This document shows, one piece after another, positions 9,295 to 24,314 of a stretch of DNA of 64,000 nucleotides. Every line of letters starts with the position of its first letter. Within the stretch, counting starts at the first letter, position 1. Under the pieces are notes generated by a model. It was not told the DNA's origin and ran no database searches. It saw nothing but the letters and a program-made list of their open reading frames with translations. Source of the DNA: an uncultured Clostridia bacterium (GTDB lineage Bacteria; Bacillota; Clostridia; TANB77; CAG-465); contig CAKPJL010000004.1 of the NCBI GenBank assembly GCA_934162655.1, positions 38 to 64,037 on the forward strand, read 5' to 3'. The position numbers were made by a program, and so were the translations under genes.

Positions 9295-9323
9295 ATTATA
9301 ACATACATTTTACGTCATGTCAA
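9295..9323 (-). promoter_or_regulatory. Perfect-consensus sigma-A promoter driving the candidate sRNA
   Basis: Minus strand TTGACA (9323-9318), 17-nt spacer, TATAAT (9300-9295). Confidence 0.7.
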
Positions 9324-9369
9324 CTTTTTTGCTAAAATATTTAATCTTTATTACTTTTATTTTAATATT

Positions 9370-9410
9370 ATATAAAAAATTAAAGAAAGCTTAAGACTAA
9401 GCTTTCTTTT
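9370..9410 (-). terminator. Rho-independent terminator after tuf
   Basis: AAAGAAAGCUUA-GUCU-UAAGCUUUCUUU hairpin followed by AAUUUUUU on the minus strand. Confidence 0.8.
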
Positions 9411-9417
9411 AAAACAA

Positions 9418-10620
9418 TTATTTTATAATGTTAGAAACTGACCCAGCACCAACTGTTTTACCACCTTCACGAATAGCGAATTTTAATCCTTTTTCTATTG
9501 CGATTGGAGTGATAAGTTGTATTTTCATAGTTACGTTATCTCCTGGCATTACCATTTCTTTATCAGCTGGTAATTCAATTATACCTGTAACATCAGTTGT
9601 TCTGAAGTAGAATTGTGGTCTGTAACCTTTGAAGAATGGAGTATGTCTTCCACCTTCTTCTTTAGTTAGAACATAAACTTCAGCTTCAAATTCTGTATGT
9701 GGATGTATTGAACCAGGTTTAGCAATAACTTGACCTCTTTCAATTTCATTTCTTTGGATACCTCTTAGAAGTACACCAGCATTATCTCCTGCTTCAGCAA
9801 AATCAAGAGATTTTCTGAACATTTCGATACCAGTTACAGTTGTTTTTCTAGCTTCATCAGATAGACCAACTATTTCAACTTCCTCACCAATTTTTAATGT
9901 TCCTCTTTCAATTCTTCCTGTTGCAACTGTACCACGACCTGTGATTGTGAATACATCTTCAACTGGCATTAAGAAAGGTTTATCTGTATCTCTTTCTGGA
10001 GTTGGAACATATTCATCAATTGCAGCAAGTAAATCTTTAATACATTTGTATTCTGGAGCTTCTGGATCTGTTGAAGTAGATTCTAGAACTTTAAGAGCAG
10101 AACCTCTTATAACAGGTGTTGTATCTCCTGGGAAATCATATTTAGAAAGTAAATCTCTAATATCCATTTCAACAAGTTCAAGTAACTCTTCATCGTCAAC
10201 CATGTCACATTTGTTCATGAAAACAACTATATAAGGAACACCAACTTGTCTTGCAAGAAGGATATGTTCTCTTGTTTGTGGCATTGGACCATCAGATGCA
10301 GAAACAACTAGGATAGCACCATCCATTTGTGCAGCACCAGTGATCATGTTTTTAACATAGTCAGCGTGTCCTGGACAGTCAACGTGTGCATAGTGTCTGT
10401 TTGCTGTTTCATATTCTACGTGAGCAGTAGAGATTGTTATACCTCTTGCTCTTTCTTCTGGAGCTCCATCGATTTGATCGTATGCTTTAAATTCAGCTCC
10501 ACCTGTTAAACTACAATATTTTGTAATTGCAGCTGTAAGTGTTGTTTTACCATGGTCAACGTGACCAATAGTACCAATGTTAGCATGTGGTTTGTTTCTT
10601 TCAAACTTAGCTTTTGCCAT
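9418..10620 (-). CDS. tuf: Elongation factor Tu
   Basis: [28 protein letters not shown]... Start trimmed to the conserved MAKAKF ATG at 10620, which has a GGAGG RBS. Confidence 0.98.
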   Translation of the reverse strand: MAKAKFERNKPHANIGTIGHVDHGKTTLTAAITKYCSLTGGAEFKAYDQIDGAPEERARGITISTAHVEYETANRHYAHVDCPGHADYVKNMITGAAQMDGAILVVSASDGPMPQTREHILLARQVGVPYIVVFMNKCDMVDDEELLELVEMDIRDLLSKYDFPGDTTPVIRGSALKVLESTSTDPEAPEYKCIKDLLAAIDEYVPTPERDTDKPFLMPVEDVFTITGRGTVATGRIERGTLKIGEEVEIVGLSDEARKTTVTGIEMFRKSLDFAEAGDNAGVLLRGIQRNEIERGQVIAKPGSIHPHTEFEAEVYVLTKEEGGRHTPFFKGYRPQFYFRTTDVTGIIELPADKEMVMPGDNVTMKIQLITPIAIEKGLKFAIREGGKTVGAGSVSNIIK

Positions 10621-10673
10621 TTTTATTTCCTCCCTTTTAATGCATTCTCGCATTTATTATTAAATATTTTACT

Positions 10674-10707
10674 ACAAATATATGTATTTTGCAATACATA
10701 TATTTGT
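10674..10707 (-). promoter_or_regulatory. 15-bp AT-rich perfect hairpin in the fusA-tuf spacer (processing or attenuation element?)
   Basis: ACAAATATATGTATT-ttgc-AATACATATATTTGT; no clear U tract follows it. Confidence 0.4.
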
Positions 10708-10735
10708 AATTTACTAAATTTTGATGATTAATAAA

Positions 10736-12817
10736 TTAATCTTCTTTCTTTCTAGAAGCAACTATTGTTTCTAAAACAGATTTTGGAACTTCTTCGTAGT
10801 GAGAAGGCTCCATAGCATATACGCCTCTACCTTGTGTTTTAGATCTTAAATCTGTTGCATATCCAAACATTTCAGAAAGTGGAATGAATGAATGTATTGT
10901 TGTAGTTCCTTGAACTGTTTCCATACCTTCCATTCTACCACGTCTTGAGTTAACATCACCAATAACATCTCCCATATATTCTTCTGGAACTGTTATATCT
11001 ACTTTCATTATTGGTTCAAGTAAACATGAGTTACCTTGACGGCAAGCTTCTTTTAATGCCATAGAACCAGCTATATGGAAAGCAGCTTCTGATGAGTCAA
11101 CATCATGGTAAGAACCATCAACTAATGCAACTTTTAAATCTACAACTGGGTAACCAGCAAGTATACCAGCTTTCATAGCTTCTTGTATACCTTCATCTGT
11201 TGGTTTAACATATTCTTTTGGAACAACTCCACCAACAATTCTTGATTCAAATTCATAACCCTTACCAGATTCGTTAGGTTCAACTTCAAGCCAAACATGA
11301 CCATATTGACCTCTACCACCAGATTGACGTATGAATTTACCTTCAACTCTGACTTTATTTTTAATAGTTTCTTTGTAAGCAACTTGTGGTTTACCAACAT
11401 TTGCTTCAACTTTAAATTCCCTTTTCATTCTATCAACAATGATATCTAGGTGAAGTTCACCCATACCAGCTATGATAGTTTGACCAGTTTCTTGATTTGT
11501 ATAAGTTTTAAATGATGGATCCTCTTCTGCTAATTTTTGTAAAGCTATAGCCATTTTTTCTTGGTCTGCTTTTGTTTTTGGTTCAATAGAAATATCGATA
11601 ACTGGTTCTGGGAATTCTATTGATTCTAGAATTATTGGATGAGCTTCATCACAAATTGTATCACCAGTTACAACATCTTTAAGACCAACAGCACATGCAA
11701 TGTCACCAGCATAAACTTTGTCTATATCTTGTCTAGAATTAGCATGCATTTGTATTAGACGACCAATTCTTTCTTTTTTATCTTTATTTGCATTATAAAC
11801 ATAAGAACCAGATTCTAGTGTTCCTGAATAAACTCTAAAGAATGTAAGTTTACCAACATAAGGATCTGTCATTATTTTAAATGCTAAAGCAGCAAATGGT
11901 TCTTCATCAGATGATTTTCTTTCATCTTCTTCACCATTTGGAAGTATTCCTCTAATATGTGGAATATCTGTTGGAGCTGGCATATAATCAACAATGTTAT
12001 CAAGTAATTCTTGAACACATTTATTTTTATATGAACTTCCACATGTTACTGGAACCATTGTTCCTGCAATTGTAGCTTTTCTGATACCTGATTTAATTTC
12101 TTCTACTGTAAGTTCTTCACCATCTAAATACTTCATCATTAATTCTTCATCAGATTCTGCAACTGCTTCAAGTAATTTTGCCCTATATTCTTCAGCTTGT
12201 GCCTTCATATCTTCTGGAATAGATTCACGTCTTACATCTTTTCCAAGATCATCATAGTGAATACATGCTTCCATAGTTACTAGGTCAACTAAACCTTTGA
12301 ATGTATCTTCTTTTCCAACTGGTAAAGCTATTGGAATAGCGTTTGCTTTAAGTCTGTCTCTTAATTGTTTAACACAATTAAAGAAATCAGCACCAGTTAT
12401 ATCCATTTTATTTACATATACCATTCTTGGTACATTATACTTATTTGCTTGTCTCCATACAGTCTCAGATTGTGGTTGAACTCCACCTTTTGCACAAAGT
12501 ACAGTTACTGAACCATCTAGAACTCTAAGAGATCTTTCAACTTCAATTGTAAAGTCAACATGTCCTGGTGTATCTATAATATTTATTCTATTATTATTCC
12601 AAAAACATGTTGTTGCAGCAGAAGTTATTGTTATACCTCTTTCTTGTTCTTGTTCCATCCAGTCCATTGTAGCTCCGCCATCATGAACTTCTCCTATTTT
12701 ATGAGTCTTACCTGTATAAAACAAGATTCTTTCAGTAGTAGTAGTCTTACCAGCATCAATGTGTGCCATGATACCGATATTTCTAGTCCTTTCCAAAGGA
12801 TATTCTCTACCTGCCAT
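10736..12817 (-). CDS. fusA: Elongation factor G
   Basis: 693 aa with [28 protein letters not shown] and a full-length EF-G pattern. Confidence 0.98.
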   Translation of the reverse strand: MAGREYPLERTRNIGIMAHIDAGKTTTTERILFYTGKTHKIGEVHDGGATMDWMEQEQERGITITSAATTCFWNNNRINIIDTPGHVDFTIEVERSLRVLDGSVTVLCAKGGVQPQSETVWRQANKYNVPRMVYVNKMDITGADFFNCVKQLRDRLKANAIPIALPVGKEDTFKGLVDLVTMEACIHYDDLGKDVRRESIPEDMKAQAEEYRAKLLEAVAESDEELMMKYLDGEELTVEEIKSGIRKATIAGTMVPVTCGSSYKNKCVQELLDNIVDYMPAPTDIPHIRGILPNGEEDERKSSDEEPFAALAFKIMTDPYVGKLTFFRVYSGTLESGSYVYNANKDKKERIGRLIQMHANSRQDIDKVYAGDIACAVGLKDVVTGDTICDEAHPIILESIEFPEPVIDISIEPKTKADQEKMAIALQKLAEEDPSFKTYTNQETGQTIIAGMGELHLDIIVDRMKREFKVEANVGKPQVAYKETIKNKVRVEGKFIRQSGGRGQYGHVWLEVEPNESGKGYEFESRIVGGVVPKEYVKPTDEGIQEAMKAGILAGYPVVDLKVALVDGSYHDVDSSEAAFHIAGSMALKEACRQGNSCLLEPIMKVDITVPEEYMGDVIGDVNSRRGRMEGMETVQGTTTIHSFIPLSEMFGYATDLRSKTQGRGVYAMEPSHYEEVPKSVLETIVASRKKED

Positions 12818-12847
12818 TTAAAATTTCCTCCTCTCTTGTTAAAAATA

Positions 12848-13348
<501 letters not shown>

Positions 13349-13452
13349 TCAGTTAATTTTAAATTAACTATGGGTACTCAAAAATTTCAAATTTTTGTTA
13401 AGTGCAAGTTTAATTTTATATATATTTAAACTTAAGCACCTAGTATACCAAA

Positions 13453-13869
13453 CTATTTTTTCTTAGCTTTTTTAGCTCCGTATTTTGATTTAGCTTGAAC
13501 TCTATCAGCAACACCAGCTGTATCTAATACGCCTCTTACAATATGGTAACGAACACCTGGTAGATCTTTTACTCTTCCACCTCTAATCAAAACAACACTG
13601 TGTTCTTGTAGGTTATGACCTATACCTGGGATATATGCTGTTACTTCCATTGTATTTGTAAGTCTAACTCTGGCTACTTTACGAAGAGCAGAGTTTGGTT
13701 TTTTAGGAGTTTGAGTTTTAACAACTGTACAAACACCTCTTTTTTGTGGTGAAGATTGATTTGTAGTAGCTTTTTTTCTAGAATTATATCCTGTTTGAAG
13801 TGCAGGAGATTTAGATTTAGTTACTTTATCTTGTCTTCCCTTTCTTACTAATTGGCTAAATGTAGGCAC
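13453..13869 (-). CDS. rpsL: 30S ribosomal protein S12
   Basis: [11 protein letters not shown]...[10 protein letters not shown]...[14 protein letters not shown]; GTG start. Confidence 0.97.
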   Translation of the reverse strand: MPTFSQLVRKGRQDKVTKSKSPALQTGYNSRKKATTNQSSPQKRGVCTVVKTQTPKKPNSALRKVARVRLTNTMEVTAYIPGIGHNLQEHSVVLIRGGRVKDLPGVRYHIVRGVLDTAGVADRVQAKSKYGAKKAKKK

Positions 13870-13911
13870 TTAAATTCACCCCTTCCTTTTTTGCATAAAA
13901 CATGCATATAT

Positions 13912-13940
13912 ATTATACAAAAAAATAGCTTAAAAGTCAA
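13912..13940 (-). promoter_or_regulatory. Sigma-A promoter of the rpsL-rpsG-fusA-tuf operon
   Basis: Minus strand TTGACT-17 nt-TATAAT. Confidence 0.6.
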
Positions 13941-13964
13941 TACTTTTAAACTATTTGATATATA

Positions 13965-13992
13965 AAAAGATAGCTAAAATAGCTACCTTTTT
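13965..13992 (-). terminator. Terminator after the TM2-domain gene
   Basis: GGUAGCUA-UUU-UAGCUAUC hairpin followed by UUUUUAU on the minus strand. Confidence 0.6.
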
Positions 13993-13998
13993 TATAAA

Positions 13999-14211
13999 CT
14001 ATTTATTTGTAATTACATTACCTTCTTTATCTGTGAATTTTCCACAACAAATCATAATGAAATCAACTATTGTCCAGATTCCGCATCCGCCACAAGTTAA
14101 TATCATAAGTATAGCTGTTCCTATTTTACCTACATAAAATCTATGTACACCTAAGTTACCTAAGAATAATGCTAAAAGTAATGTTGTTAACCAATCCTTT
14201 TGACTTTTCAT
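13999..14211 (-). CDS. TM2 domain-containing small membrane protein
   Basis: 70 aa with LGNLGVHRFYVGKIGTAILMILT..GIWTIVDFIMICCGKFTDKEGN; paralog of 41197-41412. Confidence 0.8.
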   Translation of the reverse strand: MKSQKDWLTTLLLALFLGNLGVHRFYVGKIGTAILMILTCGGCGIWTIVDFIMICCGKFTDKEGNVITNK

Positions 14212-14247
14212 TTAAATTCCCTCCTCTACAATACATACCATATTTTA

Positions 14248-14276
14248 ATTATATAATAATTATTTTAACTAGTCAA
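14248..14276 (-). promoter_or_regulatory. Sigma-A promoter of the TM2 gene
   Basis: Minus strand TTGACT-17 nt-TATAAT. Confidence 0.55.
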
Positions 14277-14291
14277 CTATTTTGTCGATTT

Positions 14292-15497
14292 TTATATTAT
14301 TTTCTTAATTATATAAGAATTTAATATACTATAATAACTAACTTTACTCAAATTTTCAGACAAATACGAACTATTTTTATTCTTTTGTAAACTTGAAATA
14401 ATCTTATCTGGCACATCTGATATATCTTTACTAACCCAAAATTCTAATACTTTATCAGACTCGTTTTTAGAAATTATATTCTGTAATTTAGTATTAAAAT
14501 CGTCTGATGAATTTATATATAAATCTTTATATATATAATAATTATACTTGTTTTGATTAGCCTCTGGCAAATTTTGTAAATTGTTTATTTCATGTGTTTT
14601 TAATATATCCTCAGTAGTAACATTAAAGTATGAATGCACAGTCAAATTATTAGAATCTTTTATTGACTTATCAGATATAATATCTAGATGATACCACTGA
14701 TTTTCAATTTTTACTAAATTCCAAGCATGTAAATCATCTATTTTTCCAGTAACTAAAATATTTTCAATACCAACCTTATCAAGTAGTATTTGCATAGCCT
14801 TAGACATTCCATCGCATACAGCACTATTTTTTACAAGTGCACCATATATAGTGTGTTTGTCTACTGGAATATTATTTATATCATCATATTTATAATATTC
14901 TATTTTAGAACATAATTTATCATGAATTTGTATTTCTCTATCTATTTGGCTAGTTGCAGTAATTTCTGCAAGTATTGTATCTACCTTCGATTTAACTGTT
15001 TTAATTTGTTCTTCAATTTGTGTTTTATCATCTGTAATATACTTTAATTTTATTTCTACATCTTTACCAAATGCAGATTTTATAGTATACACTTCGTACT
15101 CTAATTTTAGATAAAATACTTCTGGATGATCTGCAAAAAATGCTTCCATAGCAGTTGATGCATCTGTTATTATTATATCGTCTATGATATTTTCATAGGC
15201 CTTTACTTTTGCCACTTGTTCTACATTTTTGGCAGCTATTGCAACAGCTGTATACATTTTTTGTTGATCACTTGTAAGTTTATTAAAATAATAGTCGCTA
15301 TTAGAAATTTTGAGTTCATTAATCTCAAATTCTCTTGTATATGCAACATATTTTCCTTCTATTAAATTATCAAAAAATGTGGATATTTTATTTCCCATAT
15401 CTTCGCCTATATTTGGGTTACTCCATAAAAAATACCCACCCATAACAATTACTAAACATATTATAAGTATAACAATTACTTTTTTCATATATTTCAC
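14292..15497 (-). CDS. Membrane-anchored transglutaminase-like (Cys-His-Asp) domain protein
   Basis: N-terminal TM helix. AVCDGMSKAMQILLDKVGIENILVTGKIDDLHAWNLVKIENQWYHLD matches the transglutaminase-core pattern. Confidence 0.7.
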   Translation of the reverse strand: MKYMKKVIVILIICLVIVMGGYFLWSNPNIGEDMGNKISTFFDNLIEGKYVAYTREFEINELKISNSDYYFNKLTSDQQKMYTAVAIAAKNVEQVAKVKAYENIIDDIIITDASTAMEAFFADHPEVFYLKLEYEVYTIKSAFGKDVEIKLKYITDDKTQIEEQIKTVKSKVDTILAEITATSQIDREIQIHDKLCSKIEYYKYDDINNIPVDKHTIYGALVKNSAVCDGMSKAMQILLDKVGIENILVTGKIDDLHAWNLVKIENQWYHLDIISDKSIKDSNNLTVHSYFNVTTEDILKTHEINNLQNLPEANQNKYNYYIYKDLYINSSDDFNTKLQNIISKNESDKVLEFWVSKDISDVPDKIISSLQKNKNSSYLSENLSKVSYYSILNSYIIKKII

Positions 15498-15572
15498 CTA
15501 ATACCATTCTATTATATTTTATATATTTTTTCAATAATTATTATACTAAAAAAATATTTTTTAAAATTACTT

Positions 15573-15608
15573 AAAAAAAATAAGACGAACACTAAATGTT
15601 CATCTTAT
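15573..15608 (-). terminator. Rho-independent terminator after rpoC
   Basis: UAAGAUGAACA-loop-UGUUCGUCUUA stem followed by U8 on the minus strand. Confidence 0.8.
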
Positions 15609-15622
15609 TTTTAATATCAAAA

Positions 15623-18600
15623 CTATTGAGCAGAAATCTCACTTTTTAACTCAACTATATCATTTATTTCATTTTCTTTAACATCTTTTTTGATAATTTC
15701 TTCTTTTGATTCAATTTCAATGTTTTTAGCATCAACAACACCAGTACCAGCTGGAATTAGACGTCCAATTATAACATTTTCTTTTAATCCTTGAAGTTTA
15801 TCAACTTTACCTTTAACAGCAGCATCTGTTAATACTCTTGCTGTTTCTTGGAAAGATGCAGCAGATAAGAATGAATCTGTAAGTAGAGCTACCTTAGTAA
15901 TTCCAAGTAAAGTCTTTTTACCTTTTGCAGGTTTTTTATCTTCCATAATAGCATCCTTATTTGCTTTGTTAAATTCTGTCATATCAATTGTAGTACCTGC
16001 AATAAGTGGAGTATCTCCGCTATCTTCAATATATATTTTTCTAAGCATTTGTCTTGCAACAATTTCAATATGTTTATCGTTAATATGAACGCCCTGTGTT
16101 CTATATGTTTTTTGAACTTCTTCTATCAAATAGTTTTGAACTGCTATGTCGCCTTTTATTCTTATAATATCGTGAGGATCAAGTGAACCTTCAGTAATTC
16201 TATCTCCTGCTTTTACTTTATCACCGTCTGAAACAACAAGTCTCATACCATATGCAATCAAATACTTTTCTACATATTTATCATCACGAGTAACAATAAC
16301 TTCTTTATTATTGCCTTTTTCGCCAATTGTTACAGTACCATCAATTTCTGTTACCATAGCAACTCCCTTTGGTTTTCTAGCTTCAAATAGTTCTTCGACA
16401 CGAGGAAGACCTTGTGTAATATCAGATCCTGCAACACCACCATTATGAATTGTTCTCATTGTAAGCTGTGTACCTGGCTCACCGATTGATTGAGCTGCAA
16501 TAATACCAATAGCTTCACCTGGTGTAATTGGTTCACCAGTTGCCATATTTTTACCATAGCATTTAGCACATACTCCCCTTATGGACTCGCATGTAAGTGC
16601 TGAACGAATCTTAACTTTTTCAATACCCATAGAAATAATATCATTTGCTATTTTATCGTTTATATAGGTATTTCTTGCATATTTAACTTCTCCATTTTCA
16701 TCTAAAATGTCTTGTGCTAAATATCTTCCTTCAATTCTTTCATAAAGTTTTTCTATTGCTTCTCCACTTTCCATAATTGCTGATACTTCAAATCCATGAT
16801 CTGTACCGCAATCATCTTCCATAACGATAACATCTTGGTTAACATCAACAAGTCTTCTTGTTAAATATCCAGAGTCTGCTGTTCTTAGAGCTGTATCTGC
16901 AAGTCCTTTTCTTGCACCGTGTGATGCAATAAAGAATTCTAGAACATCTAGTCCTTCCTTAAAGTTAGATTTAATTGGAAGCTCAATTGTTCTACCCATT
17001 GTATCGGCCATAAGTCCACGCATACCGCCAAGCTGTCTAATTTGTGTTGGGTTACCTCTGGCACCAGTATTTGCCATCATTTGGAATGGATTCATTTTAT
17101 TTGGGTTGCTCATTATAGCTGACTGTATTTCATCAGTAGCTTTTGACCAAATCTTAATAATCTCATTATATCTTTCTTCATTAGATATAAGACCACGTTT
17201 ATAGTTTTTAAGAACCTTTTCTGCACTTTCTTCTGCTGTTTTTAGTATCTGTGGTTTACTTTCTGGTATTTCAATATCATATACAGATACTGTTACGGCA
17301 GCTTGTGTAGAATATTTATAACCATTTGATTTTATATCATCAAGAACTACTGCTGTTTCCGCAATACCATGTTTTGCTATACAACGATCAACTATTTCAC
17401 CAAGTTGCTTTTTCTTAGCTTCAAAATCAATTTCTAATTTTAAATAGTTTTCTTCTTTTGATCTATCTACAAATCCTATATCTTGTGGTATAAAGCTATT
17501 AAATATTAGTCTACCAGCTGTTGCATCTATTATGCCAGTATAAGTTTTGCCATTAATCTCTTTACTTACTCTAACTTTTATTGGTGCATGCATTCCTATA
17601 ACTTTTTGATCATAAGCCATTAACGCTTCATCGACACTACTAAATATTTTTCCGCTACCTGGTTCATCATCTATTTGTACTGTTAAATAGAAACTTCCAA
17701 GTATCATATCCATTGATGGAACTGCTACTGGTTTACCATCTTGTAATTTTAACAAGTTATTTGAAGCAAGCATTAAAAGCTTTGCCTCAGCAACTGCTTC
17801 TGGTGAAAGTGGAACGTGAACTGCCATTTGGTCACCATCGAAGTCAGCATTAAATGCTGAACATACAAGAGGGTGAAGCTTTATTGCCCTACCTTCTACA
17901 AGAACAGGTTCAAATGCTTGAATACCAAGTCTATGAAGTGTTGGAGCACGGTTTAACATTACAGGTCTATCTTTTATAACATCTTCTAATACATCCCATA
18001 CTTCAACTGCTGTACGTTCTACCATTCTTTTGGCATTTTTAATATTAAATGCAAGGCCTCTTTTTACTAACTCTTTCATAACGAAAGGTTTGAAAAGTTC
18101 TAAGGCCATCTCACGAGGAAGACCGCATTGATGTATTTTAAGTTCTGGACCTACAACTATAACTGAACGTCCAGAATAGTCAACACGTTTACCAAGTAAG
18201 TTTTGTCTAAAACGACCTTGCTTTCCTTTTAACATGTCAGATAAAGATTTTAGAGCTCTTCCACCTGCACCTGTTATTGGTCTGCCACGTCTACCATTAT
18301 CAATTAAAGCATCTACTGATTCTTGAAGCATTCTTTTTTCATTTCTAACAATTATATCTGGTGCTTCAAGTTCAAGCAATCTTTTAAGTCTATTATTTCT
18401 ATTTATAACTCTTCTATACAAATCATTTAAATCAGAAGTTGCAAATCTACCACCATCTAGTTGTACCATTGGTCTAAGTTCAGGTGGAATTACAGGAAGT
18501 GCTTCTAAGATCATCCATTCTGGTCTATTTCCTGATTGTATAAAAGCATCTATTGTCTCAAGTCTTTTTATTATTTTAGCACGTTTTGCTCCTTGAGATT

Positions 18601-19192
18601 TTGCGACCTCTTTTTTCAAATCTTTTTGAAGTTTATCTAGATCTATCTCAGCAAGTAATTTTCTTATTGCTTCTGCACCCATTCCAACTTCTATTGCATC
18701 TTTTCCAAACTGTTCTATTGCATCTCTATATTCTTTTTCAGATAACACATCACATTTTGAAAATGCTGTTTGTTTTGGATCAATTACTACATATGATGCA
18801 AAGTATAATACTTTTTCAAGTGCTTTTGGAGACATATCAAGAAGTAGACTCATTCTACTTGGTATACCTTTAAAAAACCAGATATGAGAGACTGGACATG
18901 CAAGTTCAATATGTCCTAGTCTTTCACGTCTTACCTTTTTTTTAGTTACCTCAACTCCACATCTATCACAAATAATACCTTTGTATCTTACTTTTTTATA
19001 TTTACCACAATAACATTCCCAGTCCTTTGTTGGTCCAAATATTTTCTCACAAAATAGTCCATCACGTTCTGGTTTAAGTGTTCTATAATTTATAGTTTCT
19101 GGTTTTTTTACCTCTCCTTTAGACCATTCCCTAATCTTTTCTGGAGAAGCAAGACCAATTCCTATTCTATCAAAATTTTCCATATCTTGCAT
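15623..19192 (-). CDS. rpoC: DNA-directed RNA polymerase subunit beta'
   Basis: 1189 aa with [12 protein letters not shown] catalytic motif and the zinc-binding [15 protein letters not shown]. Confidence 0.98.
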   Translation of the reverse strand: MQDMENFDRIGIGLASPEKIREWSKGEVKKPETINYRTLKPERDGLFCEKIFGPTKDWECYCGKYKKVRYKGIICDRCGVEVTKKKVRRERLGHIELACPVSHIWFFKGIPSRMSLLLDMSPKALEKVLYFASYVVIDPKQTAFSKCDVLSEKEYRDAIEQFGKDAIEVGMGAEAIRKLLAEIDLDKLQKDLKKEVAKSQGAKRAKIIKRLETIDAFIQSGNRPEWMILEALPVIPPELRPMVQLDGGRFATSDLNDLYRRVINRNNRLKRLLELEAPDIIVRNEKRMLQESVDALIDNGRRGRPITGAGGRALKSLSDMLKGKQGRFRQNLLGKRVDYSGRSVIVVGPELKIHQCGLPREMALELFKPFVMKELVKRGLAFNIKNAKRMVERTAVEVWDVLEDVIKDRPVMLNRAPTLHRLGIQAFEPVLVEGRAIKLHPLVCSAFNADFDGDQMAVHVPLSPEAVAEAKLLMLASNNLLKLQDGKPVAVPSMDMILGSFYLTVQIDDEPGSGKIFSSVDEALMAYDQKVIGMHAPIKVRVSKEINGKTYTGIIDATAGRLIFNSFIPQDIGFVDRSKEENYLKLEIDFEAKKKQLGEIVDRCIAKHGIAETAVVLDDIKSNGYKYSTQAAVTVSVYDIEIPESKPQILKTAEESAEKVLKNYKRGLISNEERYNEIIKIWSKATDEIQSAIMSNPNKMNPFQMMANTGARGNPTQIRQLGGMRGLMADTMGRTIELPIKSNFKEGLDVLEFFIASHGARKGLADTALRTADSGYLTRRLVDVNQDVIVMEDDCGTDHGFEVSAIMESGEAIEKLYERIEGRYLAQDILDENGEVKYARNTYINDKIANDIISMGIEKVKIRSALTCESIRGVCAKCYGKNMATGEPITPGEAIGIIAAQSIGEPGTQLTMRTIHNGGVAGSDITQGLPRVEELFEARKPKGVAMVTEIDGTVTIGEKGNNKEVIVTRDDKYVEKYLIAYGMRLVVSDGDKVKAGDRITEGSLDPHDIIRIKGDIAVQNYLIEEVQKTYRTQGVHINDKHIEIVARQMLRKIYIEDSGDTPLIAGTTIDMTEFNKANKDAIMEDKKPAKGKKTLLGITKVALLTDSFLSAASFQETARVLTDAAVKGKVDKLQGLKENVIIGRLIPAGTGVVDAKNIEIESKEEIIKKDVKENEINDIVELKSEISAQ

Positions 19193-19218
19193 TGTAAATT
19201 TTCCTCCCTTATACCTTA

Positions 19219-22862
<3,644 letters not shown>

Positions 22863-22913
22863 TTAATATACCCCCACACCTTTATAACAAAACGCAAAAA
22901 GACGTCAAAAACC

Positions 22914-22939
22914 CAAACTAGTTTACATAAACTAGTTTG
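22914..22939 (-). promoter_or_regulatory. 12-bp perfect hairpin in the rpoB 5' leader
   Basis: CAAACTAGTTTA-ca-TAAACTAGTTTG, flanked by the AAGACGU...ACGUCUU long-range complement. Confidence 0.5.
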
Positions 22940-23051
22940 AACTTTCATCATCTATTTTTAATATATTTCTTAAGTATTCATTCAACTATTTCAACCATCC
23001 TTTTTGTTATAGTTTACATAGTAAAAACGTCTTGCCAACAATATTTAAAAC

Positions 23052-23081
23052 ATTATAACATATGTATAGTTTAAAAGTCAA
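23052..23081 (-). promoter_or_regulatory. Sigma-A promoter of rpoBC
   Basis: Minus strand TTGACT-18 nt-TATAAT, about 190 nt upstream of the rpoB start. Confidence 0.5.
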
Positions 23082-23128
23082 TAAAAAACACATATTTTTA
23101 CAAAATATTATTATTTTTTTTATAACTA

Positions 23129-23157
23129 TTGAATTTATATTGTAATTATTGTATAAT
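23129..23157 (+). promoter_or_regulatory. Sigma-A promoter of the tRNA-Arg gene
   Basis: TTGAAT-17 nt-TATAAT ending 12 nt before the tRNA 5' end. Confidence 0.6.
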
Positions 23158-23169
23158 ATCTTTATTGTT

Positions 23170-23246
<77 letters not shown>

Positions 23247-23253
23247 GTCATAA

Positions 23254-23284
23254 AAAATCCTACGATACATGCCGCAGGATTTTT
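23254..23284. terminator. Bidirectional terminator shared by tRNA-Arg and the BclA-like gene
   Basis: AAAAAAUCCUACG-loop-CGCAGGAUUUUUAUU; A/U tracts on both sides. Confidence 0.7.
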
Positions 23285-23285
23285 A

Positions 23286-24071
23286 TTATATTTGCTTACC
23301 TAAAAATTCTATAATAATATTTACCAGTGGATTAGTAAAGTATGATTTAGAACTTATATTCTTTATATCTGGTGCAAACAATCGAATTGTCTCTTTACTT
23401 AAATTAACTAGTTCATACAGCTTAGATACATCATCTACTGCAACAATTCCTTGACCTGTCACTTGTTCTACTTGCTCATTATAAATCCACTTACTTCCAC
23501 CAATATATATATTATCTGTATCACATTGCCTAAAACCTATGGTAACAAAGTCTTTGTCTTTGTCAAATTGTCCATTAGTTCCAAGAACATATGCAGAGAC
23601 TACAAATGTAACTTTATAGTACCCTATCTGATTAAATTTTATAGTTTCTTCTGTTGAATCAAGTGTTAAAATATTACTAATGTCTAGTTCTGATCTGTCA
23701 ATTGGTAATCTTGCAAGAGAAGGTATAGGAACTCCATATGCTGATGTACCATCTTCAAATGTAACTAAATATGCTGATCTCATTAATGTTGGTCCAGTAG
23801 GTCCTGTTGCACCTGTTGCACCATCATATCCTCTAGGAATAGCAAATTCAAGTGTATGTTGATTTCCAACTTTACAATCACTTACACTAGCAATTGTGCC
23901 TGCTTGCGTAGTTATAGTTTTGCCTACAACAATTGTATCTGCTTGACCAGTTGGACCCGTTGGACCTGTCGGACCCACCGGACCAATTGGCCCTGCGGGA
24001 CATATAATTTCATTTGGACAGCAAGGTCTTATGCATTTACAACATTCTTTACTTTTGTTACAATTATTCAT
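23286..24071 (-). CDS. Collagen-like (GXT repeat) spore-surface/exosporium protein, BclA-like
   Basis: 261 aa with a Cys-rich N-terminus (7 Cys in residues 4-24), GPIGPVGPTGPTGPTG and GATGATGPTGPT triplet runs, and a globular C-terminal domain of about 160 aa. Confidence 0.7.
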   Translation of the reverse strand: MNNCNKSKECCKCIRPCCPNEIICPAGPIGPVGPTGPTGPTGQADTIVVGKTITTQAGTIASVSDCKVGNQHTLEFAIPRGYDGATGATGPTGPTLMRSAYLVTFEDGTSAYGVPIPSLARLPIDRSELDISNILTLDSTEETIKFNQIGYYKVTFVVSAYVLGTNGQFDKDKDFVTIGFRQCDTDNIYIGGSKWIYNEQVEQVTGQGIVAVDDVSKLYELVNLSKETIRLFAPDIKNISSKSYFTNPLVNIIIEFLGKQI

Positions 24072-24108
24072 AAAACATCCCCCTTTAAAGATTTTTACAT
24101 GCTTTTTA

Positions 24109-24140
24109 TATTTTATGAATTAATTGTAACAGTTGTTAAT
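24109..24140 (-). promoter_or_regulatory. Possible sigma-K-type (late mother-cell) promoter of the BclA-like gene
   Basis: Minus strand AC-N17-CATAAAATA resembles AC-N16/17-CATAnnnTA; judged by eye only. Confidence 0.3.
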
Positions 24141-24279
24141 AAATCTCTTGTATAGATTCTATAAAATAATACAAAAAAATTAATAATTATAAAATATAAT
24201 TATATTTTTTTAATATTTTTAAATATTAAAACTATTTTAATTTATATTATAAATTTAAAAGCTTTTTTATATATTTTGT

Positions 24280-24308
24280 TTGACATTTTCATACTTTTTT
24301 AATATTAT
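24280..24308 (+). promoter_or_regulatory. Sigma-A promoter of an orphan transcription unit
   Basis: TTGACA (24280-24285), 17-nt spacer, TATTAT (24303-24308). Confidence 0.55.
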
Positions 24309-24314
24309 ATACAT

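Noticed and set aside
10674-10707. The fusA-tuf spacer hairpin as a terminator
   Set aside because: The stem is all A/T-rich and lacks a following U tract, so it is listed only as a possible processing or attenuation element.
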